Source: Escherichia phage Ecp_YSF
Sequence record: OR327751.1
DNA: 53,268 bases
Strand: one strand, 5' to 3'
Part shown: piece after piece, positions 1 to 10,040 of the stretch
Layout of the letters: every line of letters begins with the position of its first letter
Position numbering within the stretch: position 1 is the first letter of the stretch
Made by a program: the position numbers and the translations under genes
Notes under the pieces: model-generated
What the model saw: only the letters and a program-made list of their open reading frames with translations
Databases searched by the model: none
What the model was told of the DNA's origin: nothing

Positions 1-141
1 AAGTTCAGGCTTTCGTTTGGGTTACTCCTCATCCCGAAGTTAGCTGGATTCAAAATCCAGACTATGTTCCTATACACATGAAATATGCAAGTCGAGGGTT
101 CTTAATGTTCAAACATGATGCGAGCATTGAGCGGGTTTATA
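1..141. repeat. Left copy of direct terminal repeat; identical to 53128-53268
   Basis: Exact 141-nt identity with the last 141 nt of the window; repeat may extend beyond the window edge. Contains 7-bp hairpin CTGGATT-caa-AATCCAG at 44-60. Confidence 0.9.
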
Positions 142-306
142 CTTTTCCCCGATGGTCCCCATAAACAAGGCTGATTCACTTGGGCGGTTCGAATCAAATT
201 TAATAAGTGTCTTGGCCGCAGTGGAAACACCATTTAAGCCAATGTTTTGTAATGTCCGTAATAGTCCACGTCAGGGCACTTACTTAAATTTTAACTGGAG
301 AGAAAC

Positions 307-528
307 ATGAAAACTGCTGAAATTGCCGAAGAGATTTATAAGGCCGTAATAGCCAACCAAATTACCAGTGAAGTCCTGCACTTGGATATTGAAGAAGTTC
401 GCAATGCCTTTGGTGGTTTTGCAATCTTGTCAATAGAAGCTGCGGAAGCACTGACAAACACGTACAATCAACGCGAATATGAAAAGCGTTCTGTACTAAA
501 TGCGTCGCTACAGGCGTCATTAAAATAA
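307..528 (+). CDS. Hypothetical small protein (73 aa)
   Basis: ATG start preceded by GGAGAGAAAC; first ORF after terminal repeat. Confidence 0.45.
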   Translation: MKTAEIAEEIYKAVIANQITSEVLHLDIEEVRNAFGGFAILSIEAAEALTNTYNQREYEKRSVLNASLQASLK

Positions 529-584
529 TACCATTATCATGGTGCGGAGCTAATTAATCTCCCACCATATGAACCGGAGAGCAA

Positions 585-1235
585 ATGATTACTGCAACAC
601 TCGTTGACCACATGGGCAGCGACCTTACAACTGTTAATGCTGCACGAGTTTCTTACGGTGCAGAATCCCACGAAATGTCGCTTCGTGATGAGAAGCTGAT
701 TGAGTTTCTTGCCAAGCACAAACACATTACGCCGTTCCGTCATGCACAAGTAACTCTTCGTTGCAAAGCTCCAATCTTCATTGCACGTCAGCTTGGCAAA
801 CACCAAACTGGCTTTAGTTGGAATGAGGTAAGCCGTCGTTACAAAGATGGTGAAGCAATTTCAATCGAATGCTTTGTTCCGGAAACCGTGTTTGCACGGC
901 CCCAGAAGTTAATGACCCAGGCTGCACAAGCTGTTGAGCCAGAGGTGGCAAAAGCAATCTCAGAAATTATTGAGTATGCAAACCGTCGGGCTGTCCGAGA
1001 ATATAAATCCTTAGTTGGATTGGGTGTTGCTCCAGAGCAAGCTCGCATGGTGTTGCCACAATCCATGATGACTGAATGGGTTTGGACCGGTTCCCTTTAT
1101 GGCTGGGCATCCATGTATAATCAACGTTCCTCCGAACATGCGCAATATGAAGTTCGCTTGTTTGCGGAAGAAGTGAATAAAATCATGTCAGAACTGTTCC
1201 CAATTTGTTGGAAGGCTCTGACCAACCAGGAATAA
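585..1235 (+). CDS. thyX: Flavin-dependent thymidylate synthase (ThyX)-like
   Basis: Translation has ThyX-like blocks (VNAARVSYG; ITPFRHAQVTL; PIFIARQLGKHQTGFSWNEVSRRY). Canonical RHR triad is replaced by KHQ. Confidence 0.7.
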   Translation: MITATLVDHMGSDLTTVNAARVSYGAESHEMSLRDEKLIEFLAKHKHITPFRHAQVTLRCKAPIFIARQLGKHQTGFSWNEVSRRYKDGEAISIECFVPETVFARPQKLMTQAAQAVEPEVAKAISEIIEYANRRAVREYKSLVGLGVAPEQARMVLPQSMMTEWVWTGSLYGWASMYNQRSSEHAQYEVRLFAEEVNKIMSELFPICWKALTNQE

Positions 1236-1239
1236 ATAA

Positions 1240-3003
1240 ATGAACGTCAAGCAATGTGTGGCTAAGATTAAGCACGATGTACCAGACTGTAAATCCACAT
1301 CTGGCAAGTCTTTACAGGTTTGGTTGAATGTCGATGAAGCTGGTAATAAGAACTTCTCTGGTTACTGCTTTGCGTGTGGCGTTCTAGTACCAAATCCTTA
1401 TGGCAATAATCCGGACAACATTCCAGAGATTAAAGTCAAAACTCCAGAAGAAATTCAGGAAGAAGTTGATGAAATCACTGCTTGTCCTCCGTTTGATTTA
1501 ACCCATCGCAGCATCGAGCCAGACTTCTGGAAAGCTGCTGGTGTTCGACTTCTGTATTCAGAGTATGATGGGAAGACTCCAAATGCTCTGGCACATGGCT
1601 ACACCAAAAATGGTAAACTTGTTCGTTGGAAGATTAAACTTCTGAACAAGAAAGTTATGTGGTCAGTTGGCGACACCCAGGGTAACGACCCTTACAACTG
1701 GATGGCTGCAAAAGCAATTGGCGGTAAGACACTGTTCATCACAGAAGGTGAAGAAGACTGCATCGCATTGCGTCAAATCCTCAAAACTATGAACCGTGGT
1801 GGTGCATACGAAGATTTGGATTTTGCTGTAATTAGTTTGAGTGACGGAAGTGACTCCGTACACAAATGTTTGTCACCAGTTGCAGAAGAAATTAAGCAAC
1901 GTTGGGAGCAGGTTGTTATTGTATTCGATGATGATGAACCTGGACGTAAAGCTGCAAAAGAAGCGTGTCGATTGTTGCCTGGTGCAATGATTGCAACACT
2001 TCCAGCTAACGATGCCAACGATTGTTTGAAGCGTGGCTTGCTCAAAGCTACTCAATCTGCTGTTGTGTTCCGTGCTGCTCGTCCTCTGCCTACAGCACTT
2101 GTCAACAAAGAACTTCTTATGGAAGAGCTTGATGATGAGGTTGAACAGGGTGTGGATTATCCTTGGCCCAAGTTAACCGACTTAATGTTTGGTCAACGTC
2201 GAGCCGAAGTTATTACAATCGGTGGTGCAGAAGGTGGTGGTAAAACTACCCTGTCCCGTCAGATTGTGCATCACAACATTACCAAGCACGATTGGGGAGT
2301 GTTTACTGCATACATGGAGGAAACTCCTACAGAAACACTGCGCCGAATGGCTGGCCTTAATGACAACTTGCCATATTGGGAACCTGCGTTTACTCGTGAA
2401 GACCCTCGATATGATGAAGCTAAGTTCCGTCAAACTGCTGCGAAGATGCTTCGTAACATGGAGATTTGGGACCGCAAGCAAGCTGGAGAAGACCCTTATG
2501 AAACCTGGGATGGGTTAAAGACGATTCTTCGTCAGATTGGACCAGACATTGATATGTTTGTCCTTGATAACTTAACCTACTTATCGGAAGGGATTTCTGC
2601 CTCAGAGAAGAACGACTTCTTAGGTAAGCTGTATGCAGATATTACTAAGCTGGCAGACCAATACCAGTTCCATGTAAATATCTTGTCGCACCTTAACCCT
2701 GTGGCAAAAGGTCAACGACCTCATGAGGATGGTGGACGTATTAAGAAGTCAGACTTTACTGGCTCACGTGCTGCTGCTAAATATTCTCATGGCATGTTCG
2801 GCTTTGAGCGTAATAGCCAGGCAGTTGACCCAAACTGTTCTATCATTCGTTCCATTAAGGCTCGTAAGAGTGGTAAAACAGAAGGCTTCAAGACGTATTA
2901 TGACACCGAATCTGGTCGAATTATTCAACGTTCTTGGGACGACTCGCTGTTCGAAACCAAAGAGATTGTTCAACTTACTAAGAAGAACGGTCCACATCAA
3001 TAA
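1240..3003 (+). CDS. Bifunctional DNA primase/helicase (T7 gp4-like)
   Basis: N-terminal Cys-rich region and TOPRIM-like acidic motifs (LFITEGEEDC, VVIVFDDDEPGRK); C-terminal DnaB-like Walker A GGAEGGGKTT and Walker B FVLDNLTY. Confidence 0.85.
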   Translation: MNVKQCVAKIKHDVPDCKSTSGKSLQVWLNVDEAGNKNFSGYCFACGVLVPNPYGNNPDNIPEIKVKTPEEIQEEVDEITACPPFDLTHRSIEPDFWKAAGVRLLYSEYDGKTPNALAHGYTKNGKLVRWKIKLLNKKVMWSVGDTQGNDPYNWMAAKAIGGKTLFITEGEEDCIALRQILKTMNRGGAYEDLDFAVISLSDGSDSVHKCLSPVAEEIKQRWEQVVIVFDDDEPGRKAAKEACRLLPGAMIATLPANDANDCLKRGLLKATQSAVVFRAARPLPTALVNKELLMEELDDEVEQGVDYPWPKLTDLMFGQRRAEVITIGGAEGGGKTTLSRQIVHHNITKHDWGVFTAYMEETPTETLRRMAGLNDNLPYWEPAFTREDPRYDEAKFRQTAAKMLRNMEIWDRKQAGEDPYETWDGLKTILRQIGPDIDMFVLDNLTYLSEGISASEKNDFLGKLYADITKLADQYQFHVNILSHLNPVAKGQRPHEDGGRIKKSDFTGSRAAAKYSHGMFGFERNSQAVDPNCSIIRSIKARKSGKTEGFKTYYDTESGRIIQRSWDDSLFETKEIVQLTKKNGPHQ

Positions 3004-3068
3004 CAGAGCTGCTACGCTGCATGGTTCGCCCACCAGCGTAGCCCTCACCAATCCATTGGAGCCATACT

Positions 3069-5003
3069 GTGTTGTATCCTTGGGAAAATATGTATGCCAG
3101 TGACATTGAAACAACTGGTCTGTTGGAGCAAATGCGTAAGCAAGCTGCACCACGTCTTCACAACATCGGGTATATCGATGTTCTGACTCGTGAAGAAACT
3201 GTAATAGAGTGGACCGACAGAAAGTCTATCCAGGCATTTCTGGATACAGGCCCAACATTAATCATGCACAACGGCGCAACCTTCGACTTTGAAGCACTGA
3301 GGTTCCTTGGTTACGACGTTTCAAAATGTACACTAATTGATACTTTGTTTATCAGTTGGTATCTGCAACCTCGTCGTGTTAAGCACGGCTTAGAAGGTTA
3401 CGGCGAAGAGTTTGGTGTGCCAAAACCAGTCATTGAAGATTGGGAAAATCAAACTCAAGAAGAGTACAACCATCGTGTGATGGAAGACTGCAAGATTCAG
3501 TTGAAGCTGTGGGAACAGCAATACATTCAACTCTTAAAGATTTATAAATCTCCTGGCGAAGTTAAACGCTTCGTTGAATATCTGATGACAAAAGCTCGTC
3601 AACAGGTTATTCAGCAACGAACTCGCTGGAAGTTAAACATTGAGAAGGCACTGGCATTTAAGGCCAAGCTGGAACCAATGATTAAAGAGAAGACGGACGC
3701 ATTGGAAGCATCAATGCCGCGTGTTCCGGAATATGTTATCAAAACCCGTCCAGCTAAATGCCACAAGATGAACGGGCAACTGTCTGCCACTGGAATTAAG
3801 TGGAAGGCTATTTGTGATGCAAACGGTTTGGACTGGAAAGACCCAGACCTGGCTATAAAAGTTCTTAAAGGCTATAAGAAGCCTAATGCTGGTTCACATG
3901 TTCAAATTAAAGACTGGTTGTTCAGCCTAGGTTGGGAACCAGAAACCTTTAAGTTTGACCGTAATAAGGAAACAGGTGAAACTCGCCAGATTCCACAAAT
4001 CACTGTGAAGGATGAAGATGGCAATCCTGAAATATGTCCGAGCTTGCATAAGCTGGCGGAAAGAAACCCCGACTCTGGTATTCAACATCTTATTGGGATG
4101 GGCGTGTATAAACACCGTCTGTCTGTTGTTAATGGCTTCCTTCGCGACGTCGATGAAGATGGGTTCCTTACTGCACGATGTGGTGGCCTTACCAATACTT
4201 TACGCCTTAAACATCGCGAACTTGTTAACCTCCCTTCTATTCGTGTATTTGGCGGTGAAGAACTGCGTTCAATGTTGGAAGCGTGGCGCGAAGATTACGA
4301 ACAGTTAGGCTCTGACTTGTGCTCACTGGAAGACCGTTGTAAGCACCACTTCCAGTGGATGTATGACCCTGAATACGTTAAGAAGCAGTTGGCACCAGAC
4401 TATGATGCTCACCTTGCAATTGGCGTAATTGGCGGATTTATTACCGAACAGGAATCTCAGGACCACAAGGACGGGATTAAGAAGTGTAAACAACGTCCAA
4501 TGTTTAAGACTACAAACTATGCTTGTCAGTATGGTGCTGGTGTACCAACTGTAGCTCGTTCTGCTGGCTGTGACCAGACTACTGCTGCACGACTGCATAA
4601 AGCATATTGGGACTTGAACTGGTCTATTAAAGAGATTGCTGCCAACACCAAAGTTGTAACAATTGATGGTCAGATGTGGCAACAGAATCCAGTAAACAAA
4701 TTCTGGTATTCGTTGCGTACAGAGAAAGACCGCTTCTCCACATTGTGTCAGGGCACTGGTGCATATGTGTTTGATGTTTGGTGTAACAACATCATTGCAA
4801 TTTGTAATGAACGTTGGGGCTGTGACCCGCTTCTGTCTGGACAATTCCATGATGAATTGATTCTCCAAGTTAAGAAAGGTTTCCGTGATTTGTGGACGGA
4901 CTTGCTTAATGAAGCAATGGACCGGACCAACAAAGAACTTAAACTCAATCGTGATTGTGCATGTGATGTACAATTTGGCGATAACTACGCAGAGATTCAC
5001 TAA
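3069..5003 (+). CDS. DNA polymerase, family A, with 3'-5' exonuclease domain
   Basis: Exo motifs DIETTGL and HNGATFDFEAL; pol motif B KTTNYACQYGAG; motif C QFHDEL. GTG start at 3069 follows GGAG; in-frame ATG at 3090 is an alternative. Confidence 0.85.
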   Translation: MLYPWENMYASDIETTGLLEQMRKQAAPRLHNIGYIDVLTREETVIEWTDRKSIQAFLDTGPTLIMHNGATFDFEALRFLGYDVSKCTLIDTLFISWYLQPRRVKHGLEGYGEEFGVPKPVIEDWENQTQEEYNHRVMEDCKIQLKLWEQQYIQLLKIYKSPGEVKRFVEYLMTKARQQVIQQRTRWKLNIEKALAFKAKLEPMIKEKTDALEASMPRVPEYVIKTRPAKCHKMNGQLSATGIKWKAICDANGLDWKDPDLAIKVLKGYKKPNAGSHVQIKDWLFSLGWEPETFKFDRNKETGETRQIPQITVKDEDGNPEICPSLHKLAERNPDSGIQHLIGMGVYKHRLSVVNGFLRDVDEDGFLTARCGGLTNTLRLKHRELVNLPSIRVFGGEELRSMLEAWREDYEQLGSDLCSLEDRCKHHFQWMYDPEYVKKQLAPDYDAHLAIGVIGGFITEQESQDHKDGIKKCKQRPMFKTTNYACQYGAGVPTVARSAGCDQTTAARLHKAYWDLNWSIKEIAANTKVVTIDGQMWQQNPVNKFWYSLRTEKDRFSTLCQGTGAYVFDVWCNNIIAICNERWGCDPLLSGQFHDELILQVKKGFRDLWTDLLNEAMDRTNKELKLNRDCACDVQFGDNYAEIH

Positions 5004-5248
5004 TGGTTGTTGTATCTATATTCGACAAAGTGGACCATTTCCATTTTGTCAAGAAAGGTGAAGACGCACGGGAAGCTGTGCTGTCTGTAATTACCGAGAA
5101 TGCTGAAACATTATTTGGAAGTGGTTCTGCTACCAATTCAGTGTATCAGGCATTCATTAAAACTTTATCTGGTCCTGTCGTCAATGAGCAAGAGTTAATC
5201 TCTTGTATGAACGACCTGGACTTCTCCCTAGTTATCACTCAACTGTAA
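5003..5248 (+). CDS. Hypothetical protein (81 aa)
   Basis: ATG overlaps polymerase stop (TAATG); no recognisable motif. Confidence 0.4.
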   Translation: MVVVSIFDKVDHFHFVKKGEDAREAVLSVITENAETLFGSGSATNSVYQAFIKTLSGPVVNEQELISCMNDLDFSLVITQL

Positions 5249-5264
5249 TTTAAAGGTACTCAAA

Positions 5265-6131
5265 ATGGCATTTGCTGCTCCTACACTGGCCTCGAACAAG
5301 ACTCCTTCTGCTGCACCATTACTGGAAGCGGGTGGTTATCCTGCTCGTGTTTGCCGTATTATCGACCTGGGCTTACAGCCTGGTTCTGCTAAATATCCTA
5401 CTCCGTCCTTGAAACTTCTGGTTACTTTCGAACTGCTCGACGAGTACATGAAAGAAGTTGACAGTGAAGGTAAAATGGTCATGGTCCAAGACCCAGACGA
5501 AGATGACGGCATCATGATGGCGAAGAATCTTGAAGACAAGCCGCGTTGGTTTGACTTTGAGTTTACCTATAATGCTGACGGCTTCATGGGTGAGAACTCC
5601 CACATCTACAAATTCGCTAAGGCGATTGATGCACTGGAAGTTAAACCTAATCTGGAACAAGGCATCCAGGGCCATCCTGCCAAGAACCTGCCGGACTGGT
5701 TGGGCGAACCCCTGATTGTTGGCATTGTTCAGTATACCAAGCAGTCAGGTAAGAATGCTGGCCAGGTTGCAAACAAAGTTGCTACCTTCTCTCCGATGAA
5801 ATCTAAGGAGAAGAAAGAAGCTAAAGCTCTGGTTAACCCGACTGTCTTCTTTGACATGTCTGAGCCGGACTTAGAAGTATTCAACAAACTGCCAGGTGGC
5901 GAATCTCCGTATGCAATCAAGAACCGTATTACTTCCGGTGTTGATTTCTACAAGACTAAGCTGTCTGCACTGTTAGGCGGTAAACCTGCCGATGAAGGCG
6001 CTGTACCGAATCAGGCTTCTGATGAAGAAGTTGATGCAGCTATGAAAGCTGAACTGGAAGCACAGGCTGCTGCAAAAGCACAGCGTGAAGCAGAAGGTGG
6101 CGCTGCTGGCGGTACGGGTATGCCGTTCTAA
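5265..6131 (+). CDS. Hypothetical protein in replication module; possible ssDNA-binding or recombination protein
   Basis: 288 aa, acidic and Ala-rich C-terminal region ending GMPF; sits between polymerase and exonuclease. Function is inferred from position only. Confidence 0.3.
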   Translation: MAFAAPTLASNKTPSAAPLLEAGGYPARVCRIIDLGLQPGSAKYPTPSLKLLVTFELLDEYMKEVDSEGKMVMVQDPDEDDGIMMAKNLEDKPRWFDFEFTYNADGFMGENSHIYKFAKAIDALEVKPNLEQGIQGHPAKNLPDWLGEPLIVGIVQYTKQSGKNAGQVANKVATFSPMKSKEKKEAKALVNPTVFFDMSEPDLEVFNKLPGGESPYAIKNRITSGVDFYKTKLSALLGGKPADEGAVPNQASDEEVDAAMKAELEAQAAAKAQREAEGGAAGGTGMPF

Positions 6132-6141
6132 TTATAAATAT

Positions 6142-6166
6142 GGCTCCTTCGGGAGCCTTTAATTTT
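6142..6166 (+). terminator. Rho-independent terminator-like hairpin
   Basis: GGCTCC-ttcg-GGAGCC stem-loop followed by TTTAATTTT. Confidence 0.55.
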
Positions 6167-6179
6167 GGAGCTTACCAAA

Positions 6180-7202
6180 GTGAGTAAGAAACGAGTTTTG
6201 TTGCTGGTTGACGGCGACATGGTTGCATTCAGTCACTGTGCTGCTGAGGAATACGGCAAAGATTCAGAAGATATTAACTTTGCTAAGATTCAAATGTCAA
6301 TGGATTCCAAGATGGAATTCCTTGCGAAACGTGTAGGAGCTACAGAAGTAGTTACCTGCATTTCACCATCCAAAACATTCCGTAACGTTCTTGCCGAAAA
6401 TTACAAAGGCAACCGTGATGATGTTTGGCGACCAGAAAACTTGAAGAATGCGAAAGCACATCTTATGGTTGCCTGGAATGGCGTATGGATGAAAGGTTTG
6501 GAAGCAGATGACCTCCTTGCCGTATTCGCACGTCATGAATACGAAATGACAATGGGTAAACGTAATGAGATTAAGAGCCTCAAGCGCATTGGTCCTTGCA
6601 CATATGATGAAGTCTGGATTGCGTCGCTGGACAAAGACTTGCGACAAATCGGGCAGAATGGTGGTGCTGGTCCAGTAATTAAACATTACCAATGGGAACG
6701 AGAAACCCAAAACATTGGCGAGAAGGTTGTAACTCCGCAGGATTACGGCGAACTCAAATTAATCATCAAGGACAATGGCAAATCGAAGAAGAAAGAAGTT
6801 AAAGGCAATGGCCCTAAATTCTTCTTGCACCAATTGCTTATTGGCGACTCAACGGATAACGTTATGGGTTGCGGAGTTCTTGAAGAAAGAATCTACAAAA
6901 CTGGTGCCAAAGCCGGAGAAACTTATTTCCGTCGTGACGGCATTGGTGCAGTCGCTTCATTCGAGATGCTGGATGGTACAACCTCCTATGCAGAAGGTTT
7001 GAAGAAAGTTATTGGTGCATACATTATGCGCTTCGGAGATGGTTGGGAACAAGAGCTACTCAAAGTGGGCCGTCTTGTTTACATGCACCATCAAATTGAA
7101 AAGGGTAATTGTGTTCGCTTATGGCATTACAAGAACATTAACGAATACTTTGACCTTAAAGAGAATCGTATCCTCACTCAAGAAGAGTACCTCCATAAAT
7201 AA
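6180..7202 (+). CDS. 5'-3' exonuclease / flap endonuclease (T7 gp6-like)
   Basis: N-terminal LLLVDGD motif and H3TH-like LIGDSTDNVMG. GTG at 6180 follows a GGAG; the track's TTG at 6165 lies inside the upstream terminator U-tract. Confidence 0.8.
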   Translation: MSKKRVLLLVDGDMVAFSHCAAEEYGKDSEDINFAKIQMSMDSKMEFLAKRVGATEVVTCISPSKTFRNVLAENYKGNRDDVWRPENLKNAKAHLMVAWNGVWMKGLEADDLLAVFARHEYEMTMGKRNEIKSLKRIGPCTYDEVWIASLDKDLRQIGQNGGAGPVIKHYQWERETQNIGEKVVTPQDYGELKLIIKDNGKSKKKEVKGNGPKFFLHQLLIGDSTDNVMGCGVLEERIYKTGAKAGETYFRRDGIGAVASFEMLDGTTSYAEGLKKVIGAYIMRFGDGWEQELLKVGRLVYMHHQIEKGNCVRLWHYKNINEYFDLKENRILTQEEYLHK

Positions 7203-7213
7203 TTGGAGTTGGA

Positions 7214-7738
7214 ATGGCTTACGGTTATTGTGGAACGGAAGCCAAGTTTGTATCTTGGCTCCAATCTGCTATTCGAAGTGTTTGGTCTAAACACCCAAGC
7301 AAACTTGCGCTGATACAATCTCGACGCATTGCATTGAAGGTCGGTGACTCAAAGAAACCAATCTTCCACATTCAATGCTACCATTGCAAGAAGTTGTATA
7401 AGCTCAAAGATATTGAAGTAAACCACAAAGTTCAAGTTGGTGGCCTCCTTAAGTTGGAAGACCTGCACCGCTTTGTGGACAACCTTCTACTGGTTCAGCC
7501 AGAAGATTTGGAATTGCTGTGTAAAGATTGTCACGGCATTATCACATACATGGAACGATATGGTGTATCACGACGTGATGCAGTCATTGAGAAGAAGTGT
7601 ATTGCGTTTGCCAAATTGTCTGACGAAGAGCAAGTTGCCAAGTGCAATCTTGCTAAAATAGAGCCAGTTCCTAAAACCAAAATCGGACGCAAGAATGCTG
7701 TTCGAGAATACCTGAGAAAGAATCTTAATGTCTATTAA
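7214..7738 (+). CDS. HNH endonuclease (free-standing, homing-endonuclease-like)
   Basis: CYHCKK ... EVNHK ... CKDCH pattern (CxxC, H-N-H, CxxC). Confidence 0.55.
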   Translation: MAYGYCGTEAKFVSWLQSAIRSVWSKHPSKLALIQSRRIALKVGDSKKPIFHIQCYHCKKLYKLKDIEVNHKVQVGGLLKLEDLHRFVDNLLLVQPEDLELLCKDCHGIITYMERYGVSRRDAVIEKKCIAFAKLSDEEQVAKCNLAKIEPVPKTKIGRKNAVREYLRKNLNVY

Positions 7739-8483
7739 GCTCCTCGATGATGGTACAAAATACACAAAGGCTCACGCACATGATTGGGAAGACCCAGATT
7801 GCCGTATCAAAGGGCGCTGTGAACTCTTCATCAAGATTGACGGAATTCGAGCTATCCGTAATAAATCAGGTAGTGTCTGGAGTCGTAATTCCAAACCCCT
7901 ACCTCATTTGGACCACTTACAGTTCAGAGATGCTGAGATATTCCGTAATAGTTGGAATGAGACTTCTAGCATCCTCGGACGTATTGACCCACCAAGCGTC
8001 CCTCTAACCCAGGACAATGTGTATGAGTTGAGCGATGGTGCGGTTGACCCACGCTTGTACATCGGCTGGTGCAAAGACCCAAGCAATGAAAACCTTAAGG
8101 CATTGATGGATAAATATCTGGCGCTTGGTCATGAAGGTATCATTGTCCGTGATGCAAAAGGTAAGTGGTGGAAGATTGTACCATATAAATATGCCGATGT
8201 GAAGATTACTGGTATGAAAGAAGGTACTGGTGCTCTTAAAGGTATGTGTGGTTCTATCTCCTCGAACTACGGCAGTGCTGGTTCAATGGTGAAGGATTGT
8301 CTGGCAGACCACGGTATTCCAGAATCTAACACATTGATTCGTAAGTGGTTGTGGGAACATCGCCACGAGCTAATTGGTTCGATTATGCAAGTTCGATATC
8401 GTGAGAAGACAGAAGCTGGCAAGTTCCGGTTCCCGTCACTCGTTCGTTTACGTGCAGACAAAAGTGAGGAAAGTTTTGATTAA
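7728..8483 (+). CDS. ATP-dependent DNA ligase (minimal phage type)
   Basis: Motif I KIDGIR (KxDGxR); EGIIVRD and WWKIVPYK resemble motifs IV/V; 251 aa. Confidence 0.75.
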   Translation: MSIKLLDDGTKYTKAHAHDWEDPDCRIKGRCELFIKIDGIRAIRNKSGSVWSRNSKPLPHLDHLQFRDAEIFRNSWNETSSILGRIDPPSVPLTQDNVYELSDGAVDPRLYIGWCKDPSNENLKALMDKYLALGHEGIIVRDAKGKWWKIVPYKYADVKITGMKEGTGALKGMCGSISSNYGSAGSMVKDCLADHGIPESNTLIRKWLWEHRHELIGSIMQVRYREKTEAGKFRFPSLVRLRADKSEESFD

Positions 8484-9102
8484 GCGATTAGCTGTTATTC
8501 TCAATGGACCTCCTGGCTGCGGTAAAGATACCATTGCAAATAAGATTGTTGCTGCCGAGGAACCTTACTTTCTTGGCAGGCGCAAATTCATTAAACACCA
8601 GTTTAAGGATGCACTGTATGAGCATACTGCCAAACACTTTCAAGTTGATGTGGACAAGTTTATTCACTACGCTTCGGACCGTGACCTCAAAGACTCTATC
8701 TCCCTTGCAGGTCTTGGTGGCAGAACACCTCGTCAGGCTCTTATTCACGTTAGCGAAGATGTGTATAAGCCTCGCTACGGACAAGACTACTTCGGTAAGG
8801 TTGAAGCTGCTCGTGTTGAAGAACTCGCGGGGCGTATGGGTGGCATTATTAATGTCATTTATCCCGATGGCGGTTTTGGTGATGAAGTCGTTGCCATTGA
8901 GTCTGCTTATGATTTTGTCCTCATTGTGCGTTTGCATCGTGATGGTTTTGATTTCACGGGCGATTCTCGCAGATACATCAACCTCCCAGACACACCTACC
9001 CGCGTAACAGTGGATGAGCATCTAGTTGATGGTAAAGTGGGTGATTCTGTATTCAAAGTGTTCAACTGGATTGAACGCGTAACTTATCAAGTAGAGAAAT
9101 AA
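8464..9102 (+). CDS. P-loop NTPase, putative deoxynucleoside monophosphate kinase
   Basis: Walker A LNGPPGCGKDT near N-terminus; nucleotide-metabolism neighbourhood. GTG start at 8464 chosen to avoid a long overlap with the ligase. Confidence 0.45.
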   Translation: MRKVLIKRLAVILNGPPGCGKDTIANKIVAAEEPYFLGRRKFIKHQFKDALYEHTAKHFQVDVDKFIHYASDRDLKDSISLAGLGGRTPRQALIHVSEDVYKPRYGQDYFGKVEAARVEELAGRMGGIINVIYPDGGFGDEVVAIESAYDFVLIVRLHRDGFDFTGDSRRYINLPDTPTRVTVDEHLVDGKVGDSVFKVFNWIERVTYQVEK

Positions 9103-9104
9103 TC

Positions 9105-9626
9105 ATGTCTTGTATGACCCAAGTTGTTGCAGTTAAACGAGTGCATCCTAATGCGAAATTACCTGTGTACGCTACTTCTGGCGCTGCTGCTGCTGATGTT
9201 TGCACTATCTCCGATAGCACTGTTGTTATCAATCCCGGCTGCTCTGCTGTTTTCGATACTGGCCTCCAATTCGAGATTCCAGTTGGATACGAACTCAAAG
9301 TACATAGCCGTTCTGGTCATGGCTTTAAGTCTGGCATTCGCCTGGCAAACTGCACAGGAATTCTGGACTCCGATTATCGTGGCAATCTTATGGTTAAGTT
9401 GCACAACGACTCGGACACAGCCTTTGTGGTTCAGCCAGGTGAACGTATTTGTCAAGTGCAAGTTAGTAAAGCTACTCAACACCATTTCGTCGAAGTTGAC
9501 CGCTTGAATGCAACTGGTCGTGGTGAAGGTGGGTTTGGCTCAACTGGTCGTGTGGAACTCGGTCAACACGAAAGACCACATATTCCAGAAGGCTTGACAG
9601 TCCACAATCACAGTATTGCCAAGTAA
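9105..9626 (+). CDS. dut: dUTP diphosphatase (trimeric dUTPase)
   Basis: Motifs SRSGHGFKSG, GILDSDYRGNL, PGERICQV and C-terminal RGEGGFGSTG. Confidence 0.9.
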   Translation: MSCMTQVVAVKRVHPNAKLPVYATSGAAAADVCTISDSTVVINPGCSAVFDTGLQFEIPVGYELKVHSRSGHGFKSGIRLANCTGILDSDYRGNLMVKLHNDSDTAFVVQPGERICQVQVSKATQHHFVEVDRLNATGRGEGGFGSTGRVELGQHERPHIPEGLTVHNHSIAK

Positions 9627-9665
9627 TATTCGACATTCTCAGTAACCAATTGGAACCTATCTGAA

Positions 9666-9995
9666 ATGAAACTGTCCTCACCTGTTGTAGTAAATAACCG
9701 CAAAGTTAAATTTGCATATCTAAAGTCTAATGTCACCTCCACTGGTGGCGGGACTTATCTCACCCGTGCACTTGCAGTTCGCAACGAAACAGGTGCGGAT
9801 GTTATCGTTTTCATGCTTCCTCATGGTGAAAACACAATCAAGAACGTCGAACGTATCAAGCGTGGGCGCGAAGATTTAATGTCGGCTGTTAAGCCGCTGA
9901 TACTACCATTTAAGATTGTGGTGGTTGTTGGTTCTACCCAAGCATATCTGGAAGATTTCTATAAAGATATGGCCTGGAGCGATATTAAATATTAA
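9666..9995 (+). CDS. Hypothetical protein (109 aa)
   Basis: ATG-initiated ORF with no recognisable motif. Confidence 0.45.
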   Translation: MKLSSPVVVNNRKVKFAYLKSNVTSTGGGTYLTRALAVRNETGADVIVFMLPHGENTIKNVERIKRGREDLMSAVKPLILPFKIVVVVGSTQAYLEDFYKDMAWSDIKY

Positions 9996-10011
9996 GCGAC
10001 ACGCGTAACTA

Positions 10012-10040
10012 GGGAGGCTATCTGGCCTCCTATCTTATTC
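10012..10040 (+). terminator. Terminator-like hairpin between replication and packaging modules
   Basis: GGAGGC-tatctg-GCCTCC then TATCTTATTC; enclosed by a longer-range pairing AAGCGAC (about 9995) / GTCGCTT (about 10044). Confidence 0.45.

Noticed and set aside
150-165. T-loop-like sequence GGGCGGTTCGAATC near the left end as a tRNA
   Set aside because: The flanking sequence does not form a T-stem or acceptor stem; only the loop consensus is present, so likely coincidental.
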